NCBI GenBank assembly: GCA_030141605.1
Contig: JAQGDQ010000044.1
Span: 124,001-188,000, forward strand
Direction: 5' to 3'
Source: Tubiluchus corallicola
Taxonomy: Eukaryota; Animalia; Priapulida
DNA: 64,000 nucleotides
Shown: positions 53,693-64,000 of the stretch, in pieces
Numbering within the stretch: the stretch's first letter is position 1
Layout: each line of letters begins with the position of its first letter
Made by a program: the position numbers and the translations under genes
Notes under the pieces: model-generated
Told to the model about the DNA's origin: nothing
Database searches by the model: none
The model's input: the letters and a program-made list of their open reading frames with translations, nothing else

Positions 53693-56600
53693 ATAAAGTC
53701 ATTCATCGTAAATTGTAATTATTTTTATCGTGTCTGGAATACAGGTTTTGAAGCTTAGTTTAGGAGCAGGTGCTCTCTTGAATCCCTGCGGATATCTATG
53801 CCATACTGGATGTCAGAGGACATTATTAAAACAATAAGAAGAGCGAAAAAGAGAAAAGTGGCTGTAAAGCTGATGAAAACGCATGGGCTTAATTACGACA
53901 TTGTCTAGTACTGGGAAGTCTTCATGTGCCGCCATGACAACACAAATGCAGGTTGTGCAAAGAGGAAAGTGACTAGGAACAGGATAGCAGAGAGTGAGGA
54001 CAAAAAGAAGAAATGAAGAAGAAGAAAGAGGATGGGAAAAAGAGAAAGAGAGTAGAGCAGAAGTGGAAAGAAGGTGAGGAAGAAGAGAAAGAAATGACAA
54101 TGAGCAAGTAAGAGAAAAAGGAAAGACAGCGGCGGAAACACAGAGGAGGAAAAAAAGTGATTTACTGATCAAAAAAAAATTTACTGATCCCGCAATTACA
54201 CGATATCTACGCAATTATATACTACAGGCAAAAAAGATAAATTATCCAGCGATGCTTAGCATCAGAATATGCTTAACTATAATTTCTATATAACAAGATC
54301 CTCCACTGTCTTCTATGTCAGAAGTGTAAGCCACTTCGCTTTCAGATAAAGTTTTAATTAGTGAAATTGTACTTTTAACTAATGAATTTAATTAATGACT
54401 GTGTACTATTTGAGACACAGACGAACAGAGGCAAAGACAGAGACAGATCTCTTACTTTTTGCTAGGTCATCTATTAGTAATGCTCACTGCATCAGGTAAA
54501 CTGATTTTACAGCACATTCGAGCGCATTATCGAAGGTTTAAATTGTCCAAACACTTTCCTTGATTCGTTTATTCCCAGAAGTGGTAATGAAATTAAAAAC
54601 GGAAAGGAGAATGTCGGTTATCCAGAGTTTATTCCGCGATCAAGCAAAATCACCTCTTGTTTTCTTGTCACAGTGATGATCTATATGTCATTGTTAGGTA
54701 CTGTAAAGAAGCTTTTTTGTTTATATAACATTCGCGCAAGGTTTAGAATTTTTTTAAAATTCTTTCGTTTGTAAATAATTTCGAGTTGACTGTCGCTGTT
54801 GTTTTCGAATCTTTCCCTCGTTGTTTTTTCTTGTTTTCATAAAATGACTAATATGTCATGTTAGTAAAACTGCATACGAATATTCGATCGAGTTCATATG
54901 AGCGCACCCTTAGGTATTTGATAAACTTTAGTATCCGATTTGACCTTTGACAACAACTATCCTGAAATAATTTAGTTTAAATTCAACCTTAATGAATATG
55001 ATACATCGCATGTAAAAATTTAAACGATAACTTATAATTGTACTAAGCCACAACTCATTAAACTAATAACTAATAAAAATTAAATTGAAATAAATTATCA
55101 TTTATAAAGACTTGCACGTGTCTTATAGAGTAATAATAATAATATTTTCAAACTGCTTGTTTGTTTGCATTGCTTCTTTATTATCAATTCCCTACAATTT
55201 GAATTGAAGACGGTAAAAAAAAATCAATCATGTGTATTATTGATTTTTTTCAAAAAATAGAATAAATTATTACATAATTAGTTTCTAAAATTAATTTAGC
55301 TCTTAATTACTAACCCTGTATTTCTATTTAATCTTGTAATTCTTATTTCACTGTATTATTTTCATTTTACTACTGCATTTGTATTTTATACGGTCTTAGT
55401 TACTCGAAAAAAATTGAATTGAGATGAATTATTAGTGGAAAGAAGGAGAGCGACTAGTCGTGAAGCACTCACGAGGCCCTAGTGGCCTTATAAAATCACT
55501 TTACAACTTTACGTGAACCTGAGGAAGATTCTAGATCTTCGGGATTGTTTATCAGTGGAATTAAAAGTATCTTAAAGTACTTTTATTCCACGCCTTAACT
55601 AAAAAGTAAAGGCATTTGACAAGGCGCTATAGTTCTAGTTTTAAAGGGTTTCGCACAAACATACATATAGGCTTATATTTAGGAAAAGTAATTCACTATT
55701 GTTACTTCCGACTAAATATTTATATTTTTCTTTGCTTCATAACTTGTAAAAATTGGACAAAGCCGAGATTGTTATTAGCAAGAATAAATTACGCAACATG
55801 GTAATCAGGTTTTCTATTTGTGAAGTTATCAGAACGTGAATTGTTGATGATGAAGTTTTGTTTTTTCAATTGGCAAACTCTCAATTCTTGCTGGCATGGA
55901 CATCGTATTTCATGAAAGTGTGAAAATTTTAGCTGATTGAGGCAAGGCTTAAAGTGCCTGCTGATTGGACTGAACGAGTTCTATTGAGTTAGGCCGCTTA
56001 AATTATTAATGCCACTTCTCAATTATTAGACTTGTTGGTAAGATGCCTGTGAAAAGTCACTATTCCACAATAGCGGTAATCTTCGCTGACTAGCTTGTTG
56101 ATTGTTTGAAATTGCTTTGATCACTTCTGTAAAATCAGAAATCAAAGCGAGTGAATCTTCTTGCAGGCTGACTCATTTTTTACGGCTGTAAAGCGACGTT
56201 CAGTAAAGATCCTATCTCTCTTACTCATCTGACTTTCACAGGCTAGCTTTTCATAGAACCCATAAAGAGCTTGTTAAGGTTTTTCTCTTGTTTCAAGCAC
56301 CTGCAAACGGGAACTATTTCTAAAACCTATTCCTATAAGTTTCATTGTAATGGGTTTCTTATAGGTTCCCATTCGCATGGACACACCCACAAATCATTCA
56401 AAATCATTTCAAAGACGATACTCTGAATAAGCAGGAGTGCCTCGCACATATTCGGATGCTTATAATCTTTCTTAGTAAGAAAAATGGCTAGAAACAATAG
56501 CTGGTTACGTTAGACGAAAGCGCCTAGAACGAGTTCTGAACCCAGTAATAACCCATCTATTCACTGCACAGCCCGGCGTTGCTTAACTTGCGCTGCCGAC

Positions 56601-56975
56601 TACACACCATGACAACTCAAAGTTTCTGCGTAAGTTAGACAAGAAATGATTGCAGTGCTTCTGGCATGTGTGCAAACTTAGGATTGCCACATTTTTCGCA
56701 CCGTTGCGGGAAAGCCTGTACAGCCTCTGTTACAGTATAAGATAACGATTACTAGAACTTGTGAACAATGAACATCTACTAGCTATTGTCAGCTCCGTAT
56801 GAATCATAGATTATTGTTATTTTAAGATGTCTAACTACAGCCTGTTCGTAAATAACAAATGCTTACTTACTAAATCCATAATGTATAGCAGTAATTTTAG
56901 TGTAACTTTTATTTTATTATTCTAGTGCAGTGTGATGTAATGTTTTTATGTTTTTGTGTGGCTTTTATGCTGAAA

Positions 56976-57548
56976 TAATCTAATCTAATCTAATCTAATC
57001 TAATCTAATCGAATCGAATCGAATCGAATCGAATCGAATCGAATCGAGTCGAATCGAATCGAATCGAATCGAATCTAATCTAGTCTAGTCTAGTCTAGTC
57101 TAGTCTAGTCTAGTCTAGTCTAGTCTAGTCTAGTCTAGTCTAGTCTAGTCTAGTCTAGTCTAGTCTAATCTAATCTAATCTAATCTAATCTAATCTAATC
57201 TAATCTAATCTAATCTAATCTAATCTAATCTAATCTAATCTAATCTAATCTAATCTAATCTAAGCTAAGCTAAGCTAAGCTAAGCTAAGCTAAGCTAAGC
57301 TAAGCTAAGCTAAGCTAAGCTAAGCTAAGCTAAGCTAAGCTAAGCTAAGCTAAGCTAAGCTAAGCTAAGCTAAGCTAAGCTAAGCTAAGCTAAGCTAAGC
57401 TAAGCTAAGCTAATCTAATCTAATCTAATCTAATCTAATCTAATCTAATCTAATCTAATCTAATCTAAGCTAAGCTAAGCTAAGCTAAGCTAAGCTAAGC
57501 TAAGCTAAGCTAAGCTAAGCTAATCTAATCTAATCTAATCTAATCTAA
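56976..57548. repeat. Compound pentanucleotide microsatellite (TAATC/GAATC/TAGTC/TAAGC blocks)
   Basis: About 114 units in one phase; follows a LINE-like AT-rich tail. Confidence 0.98.
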
Positions 57549-58454
57549 ATCTAATTAACAGCCCAGAATAGCTAACAGAGCCAAGAACAGCACGACCCAG
57601 CCCAGCCATTCACTACAACGGCATCTAAAAAGCTTAAAGCACTCAATAAAAGAACACTTATATTAGATAATCTGATAATCTTTTAGAATATCCATCATAT
57701 TGATTATCTTTTATATTACAGGCGTCATATTTGCCAGAATTAATGACGGTAATTTACCATCACGTGCGGCACGCGTTTTAGCTGTCGTTATTCATCGTCA
57801 TCATGATCATTATGCATCATCATCACCATCACTCACTATGCTACGTCTACTCCCGAAGGCCATCCTAGGTCATTAATTACTGTTATAAATTCTTTAAGAA
57901 CCTATCAGTTTGTTCTTTATGACATTAGTACGTCATGTGGAATTTATTCACTGATCTGGTCGGCTGCGCCTCGAATTTAAATGGTAAATCTCACGTTTTG
58001 TGGCGTTTTTTAGAAGAGGACGCTGGACAGTAAAAAACTGAATTTGAAAAAGTGTTTGCCAGCACGAAAATGAGCACTAAAGTCTTCTTCTTCGTCTTCT
58101 GTGGCTGTATTATACAGCTATTGCAAAAACCGAGCCTTTATTCTTTATTAGAGAACTGCACTGCTTCCGGTCTGCAGCCATGATTGCACTCCTGCATGCT
58201 ATTGCAAAATTTGGTCTCAGCTGTTGTTGTAGATCTTTGTTACTTTTTGACATCCAAGTTGTTTTTGGTTTGCTGTAGGTCATTTAGCAGGTTTTAATAT
58301 CTTGTTTAAAGCTATCCCTTTGCGCACTGAAGTCAAATATGCAAAAAGAAAATTGCCATCAACTTGTTTTTTTTACAAATTAAACTTTAATAATGAATCC
58401 AAGTAGCGTGAAGAGATTTGCACTATGCGTCACCTATTTTAGAATATTACTTGT

Positions 58455-58663
58455 AGTTGGCGTTTATGTAGCACGTGGATGTGGATGCGTTTTCCAGTAC
58501 GGAACAGCCCGCGGAAAAACATCAGTAGAAACAGCTGCAGAAAAAGAATAACGCATACGCAGGCTACATAAACGGGTGCATTGAAAACAATATAAACCGA
58601 TTTTTTTCTATTCCGCATCCCCTAAAACGCATCCGCATCCGCATGCTACATAAAAACCACTTT
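58455..58663. mobile_element. ~200-bp MITE with ~35-bp imperfect TIRs
   Basis: Left end ggcgtttatgtagcacgtggatgtggatgcgtttt; reverse complement of right end ggtttttatgtagcatgcggatgcggatgcgtttt. Confidence 0.8.
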
Positions 58664-60769
58664 ACACTCTCAGATCCTCATTTTGTCGACCACTGAAAAA
58701 TGCTCATAACTTTCTTTTAAACAAAGTTAGTAGTCATTAAAACACTGTGCTACTAACAAAAGCACTTCGGCAACATAAATTGAGCACCTTTGATCCAAAG
58801 ACTTTATCACACAAAACGGTGTTTCTGTCACTTCAGTTTTAAAATGGCTGCCATAATTTCTCTGTACTCTTCGCTCACTGCAAGATGGAATGCAACATTT
58901 AATGGTTGGCTGTACTTCAAGAGTACTTAACGTTGATGATTGCAGTAGACCGGAATCTTTCTCAAAGACAATTTTATAAATTCAGACACTGAAGTGGCAG
59001 AGATAAATTAGCCACTTTTGCCTTCATACACTTCTTTCCAGAGGATATATATATATATATGATGTGACTCTCATTCATGCATGGAGTATGTGTGGAGGTA
59101 GTGGATACTTAATGTATGTCTGATGTCGTTTGTTGTTTGATGCTTGATGCTGACACTTTTGCTTGTTTAAGCCCTGCTCAATTATGGCAGTCTGTCACTG
59201 ATGTATCTGGTGGCGCAGAAAAAGTGTCGAAATTTAGTCTACAATAATATTGGAAGCAAGTATCGTGCAAAGTCGAAATGTCACAGCCTGGTATTATGAT
59301 ACATTTACTTTGAAATTTATAAGTTTCTGAAAGTTACACATTTATAGCATTGGCCGCTTTCAAGTTATATCGGAAGAGCTTTTGCTTTTCGGAAAATATC
59401 GGAAAAACATATACACTGGTATATCGGAATAACATTTGAACGAAATGTGGAGAGGGCGGAGTGATTGTATTTGCTATAGAAGTGTGTTCTACTAATTTTC
59501 TGTATAATGCTGTCTTTACGTTTTTAGTTGTTGTTCTGTATATGGAAGAAATTCTGCAATAAAGGTTTAAATTCAATAAATTCAATTCAAAAAACTTGCT
59601 TTACAAGAAAATTAAACGTCGTAACAATGTCAGTTAATTACCAATTGAAAAGCAGCCACGCTGATATATAAAGCACTCAATACGCTAGCAAACAATAAAG
59701 AAAGCAAATCAGCCAGGTTAAATCATGGTCTTCACCAAAAAAGATAAGGCACCAGTTGGTAAAAATTTTTGTCTATAAAAATCGTATGGTACCTGGATAC
59801 ACTTACAGAGAAAGTGTAGAACGGTCGCAGAGAGCCGTTTAATGTAAAAAAATAAAAGCAAAAATTATTAAGTGCTGGGACTAAATACATATTAAAGATG
59901 TATTAAAGACATATTAAAGATATAAGCAAGAAACTGTATCAGCTGGAAGAAACAGCTTCGTATAATTTACAAAAATGTTGACACAAAACCAGAGCACTTG
60001 TAAATTAGAACAATAATGCAACAGTTTTAACATAATTTTTTCCGCCATTTTCTTTTTGACTTATTGTTTGAAACTTCCATTTATTTGGCAAAATCAAAGG
60101 AAATAACCTAATATTTTTTATGTTTATAGACAATCGTCTGTGATATCAGCGTAGTAATTTTCAAGCGATTGCGTTATTTTCTCTTTACAATATCGTAATC
60201 AAAGTTTCGGCACATTTTTGAGCCACCTGAAACATCTTTGCGGACTCTGGTGGATTCTACTGCATCGATGCACTATGGATTGACAATCACTTATGCTATC
60301 CCTGTAGCAGTTGTTATGAAACTGTTCTGATGCTCAGTGGGAGGAAGTTCGCTCTAACGCCTCTCCAATGTACCCCGGGTGATTAATTTCCTCAGAGTAG
60401 TTCTCTGAACTGCTCGCAGAGGGCGCGCACCGACACGGAAAACAGCGGAAGATGTAATTTAAATTTAAGATTTTAAATCGCGTCTTGGTCACATCTCGCC
60501 GGAAGTTACACCTTTATTACGTTGTTGAAAGGACGTAATACTAGTACCCTGAAATTTACCATTCTCTGAGGAATCATCAGTCATCCATTTGTTTTGATTT
60601 AGAAAGGTGCCAAGTTTATAAAGTTTGAGAGCGCAGCTGGAAGTGCGTCAGGAAGTGACATGTTTCACAAATTTACAGGGAAGTCATGTTCAACCAATCC
60701 AAATAAACAAGATCGAATTCCTTCATGTTTCTACTCACTAGCTGCTTCCTGTCTGTTTCCTATTTGGCT

Positions 60770-61032
60770 ATCCGTCTGTCTGTCCACCTGCCTCTTTGTT
60801 TATAAACCTGTTTATCTATCTATGTGTCTGTCTGTCTGCCTATCCATCCTTCTATCTATTTGTCTATCTATCTATCTATCTATCTATCCATCCATCCATC
60901 CATCCATCCATCCATCCATCCATCCATCCATCCATCCATCCATCCATCCATGTATGTATGTATGTATGTATGTATGTATGTATGTATGTATGTATGTATG
61001 TATGTATGTATGTATGTATGTATGTATGTATG

Positions 61033-61063
<31 letters not shown>

Positions 61064-61222
61064 TGTATGTATGTATGTATGTATGTATGTATGTATGTAT
61101 GTATGTATGTATGTATGTATGTATGTATGTATGTATGTATGTATGTATGTATGTATGTATGTATGTATGTATGTATGTATGTATGTATGTATGTATGTAT
61201 GTATCCATCCATCCATCCATCA
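60770..61222. repeat. Compound (TGTC)(TATC)(CATC)(TATG)n tetranucleotide microsatellite
   Basis: Seen directly; generates six spurious ORFs. Confidence 0.98.
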
Positions 61223-61708
61223 ACATGTAATGGATGATGTATTATGTAATAAGATAACAAATAAAATTTAGAATGTGCATAGAGCGTTTGCTTTTCCAAA
61301 ATAAATCACGCTGCAATTGTTGTGACTGTTTTGTGTTTTGTGAATCATTTTCATTTATTGAACTATTAAATCCATGAAGCAATACAGAATTCATTCTTAT
61401 TACTTCTGCTAGAGCAATTTCGTTCCTCTTTAATTAAATCTCAACTGCTTCTCAGTCTTCCTTCTCGATTAAAATAAATAAAATTGAATAAAACAAATTA
61501 CTCGTCGTCAAACCTGGTAAATTTGCATGTAAATTGTAATGTGAATACCGTTAAAAATGTCTGTAATTTCAATTCTGTAACAATTAATGAAGTATTAATT
61601 AAAACTAGCAACTTTTGTGAGAAGGCACTTAATCAGCAGTAACAAAACGCTCGCTTTGCTTGTAGAGTACGGAATCGACTAATTTATGTAACCGGACACC
61701 AATCCTTA

Positions 61709-62292
61709 AAGCCCGTTTTCACTAGCGTTTTTCACGCTGCGTTTAACGCGGCGTCTCTAACGCTCAATGAAGATGAATATCGCTCTCTAAAACGCTGCAG
61801 CGTTTACACTAGCGACTTTCTCGCTGTCTCGCGCCTGAAAACATGGCGTCTATTTCCATGAAGTACGTTGCTTATCATCTAATTCTTAGTGAAAATTTCG
61901 TCAAGACTGCTGCAATATGCTTACCACACAAACGACGACGCCTTTGCTCGTAATTGGATCGTAAGGCATAATCGTAGTGGTTTCCTGGAGAACATAGTCA
62001 AAGAATTACGGACGAAGGGTACCTCACAGTTTAGTAAAATGTTTAGAATGAATGCAGACCTTTTCGAGAAGGTACTCATCACAGTTGAACCAAGAATATC
62101 AAGAACTGGATTTCATTTAAAGCCAATTGTACTAGTACCTGTTGCACTAGTACTGACACTCAAGTATTTGGCTGACTAGTGTTCTCACAGAACGCTTTCT
62201 TACGAATATCGAGTACATCATACATTTGTACAAATGTGCCAGTTGTGTGTGATGCTATTTACGAAGCTCTATTTACTAAGATTACGTCAAAG
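61709..62292 (+). mobile_element. 5' remnant of a PIF/Harbinger DNA transposon with a disrupted transposase (HARBI1-like N-terminal region)
   Basis: Terminus TTA|aagcccgttttcactag. The ORF has WI..HNRSGFLENIVKELR...FSKMFRMNADLFEKVL..VEPRI...LVLTLKYLA, then past a stop and frameshift LSYEYRV and VPVVCDAIYEAL. Confidence 0.85.
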
Positions 62293-62859
62293 TCTCAGTT
62301 ATTATTTTTAATTTCAAGTTCACTTAATTTTAATTTCAATTTGATCTTTTGACTCATCATATCTATGCAAATCATCATGTTAGGCTCAGAATGCGCCAAA
62401 ATGCATGTTGCCTGGCGTCGACCAGCGCACTTCATTAGTGAATTCTAGTCTGCTTGTTTAGCTATGCTTCCTACTCATCTTATCCGAGTTGTTACATATA
62501 TAATAAAAGGTTTACCTAAAATCATACTGACTAGTTTTGGGTTGTTGTTCATCGTGTTACATTTATTTCGTATGGAAGCGAATCTAGAACAGACCGCAAT
62601 AAGAAACTTATTTCATGACTAAAGAAAAACAAAAAAAGTCATGAACGTTTCAGTGCCAAATGACGATACTGAGATACTGAGTCTGTCTTTCTGTCTTTCT
62701 GTCTATCTGTCTTTCGTGATGCATGACAGTATCATACGTTAAATGTCTGTTCAAAACTAGTTTTATTTTACATAGAAGTCAAATCCAAGGCAAAAAGTGA
62801 TGTTGAAAGAGGAGACATTGGAATTTCCAAGGACATTTCAAAATAATTTCCAAACAAAG

Positions 62860-63550
62860 TTACGTTACTTAGCATTACGTTTACCTGTTCGAAAGACTTA
62901 CATGCCTGTCTGGCATAGAGTATTCAAAGTGTTTTGGCACATCATATCCACAAAAAAGTCCAAAAAAATAAACTGCAGAGGCTTCTTTGTTTTAATAGGT
63001 TAATTTTGCGCTGTAGCTCTAACTACTCAATAATTTCATAATCATACTGTCTGGGAGACCAGATCAAATCGTTTGGTGCCTGGGTGGATTTAATTGAATA
63101 TACTCACATTTGCAGAAATATGTTGACAGAAATCAAGTATAATACGTCATTTAAGCTATTCGCCGTAGTTCTGTAGAAGTTCATTAATCAGCACAAGAAA
63201 AAAGCTACTAAAGACGAATAACTTAGTAGGTTTCCGTACAGCTGTTACGTGCCTGTCCATCATAGAGTACACGAAGTGTTTTGGGAATGCAATGACCACA
63301 GAAAACGGGCCGAAAAACAAGAAACTGCCGAGAATTCTTTTTTTAATAGAAGTTCAATTTTGCGCTGTGGCTTCAAATATTCAACAATTTCATAATCAGA
63401 CTGTCAGGGAGAACAGATCAAATCACTTGGTGCCTGCGTGGGTTTTACTGAATATACGACATTTGTAGAGTACGTCATTTAGGCTATTCACCATAGTTAT
63501 TTAGAGGTTCGTTTGGCTGCATACGAAAAAGGCACCAAAGACGGCAAACT
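62860..63550. repeat. Diverged tandem duplication with a ~350-bp period
   Basis: tgcctgtc..catagagta...aattttgcgctgt...cagatcaaatc..ttggtgcctg occurs at ~62900-63085 and ~63250-63440. Confidence 0.85.
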
Positions 63551-64000
63551 TAAACTTGGACAGATTTTAAATCTTTCGTTGGTATCTTTTGCTCACTTTT
63601 TGCCGCAATTGGTAATCTGACGAAACGAAAAGTAAAAGTAAGGTTATTTATAAGTAATAAAACACTGCCCAGGGCATGGTAAGTCTAGAGGGCACAACGT
63701 TCGTCTGATAATTCTGGTTTACATTCATGCTGTTGTTTAAATCCGTCCCTGACTTTTTCTCCCATCTTTCGAACAAATTTGGTTTCTAAAATTCTTGATT
63801 GTGGATTAATTTCATCATTTCGTAGCAGACACCAAGCGGTTAACTGAATGAGTACTACAAGAACTAATCAATAATAACGACAGGGATCATGTTGATTCAA
63901 CTGCCTATTAAATGTGCATAGACAACGGATGATCATACAACAATGCAAACATTGACTTTAGACAGTCAGCTTTGACGGTGATCATGCATATGCCTCGCTT

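Noticed and set aside
57261-57520. (TTAGC)n as telomeric repeat
   Set aside because: It is interstitial, in phase with TAATC variants, and not a canonical TTAGGG/TTAGG/TTAGGC array.
60660-61299. 203-aa and overlapping ORFs
   Set aside because: They are translations of (TATG)n/(CATC)n.

Overview
AT-rich, intron-containing animal (invertebrate-like) genomic DNA; there is nothing prokaryotic and no CRISPR. The left third holds two head-to-head genes. One is the 5' end of a harmonin/USH1C-like gene (minus strand, two coding exons, continuing off the left edge), whose intron contains a 70-bp tandem array. The other is a complete six-coding-exon TMEM248 gene (plus strand, 289 aa, 11640-17420). The remaining ~42 kb has no recognisable host gene. 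It contains decayed LINEs (one with an RT domain), a PIF/Harbinger transposase remnant, several MITEs (some with TSDs), a Helentron/HINE-like element, local duplications and many microsatellites, which explain most of the ORF track. The most intriguing unexplained signals are a duplicated ~40-codon fragment with strong synonymous bias (41.8 and 44.5 kb), an orphan TATA/E-box/CCAAT promoter (39.2 kb), a compact NF-kB/CSL motif cluster (26.7 kb) and several orphan exon-like segments. I could not establish a clearly novel multi-gene system. All homology calls are from memory of protein families, not from database searches.
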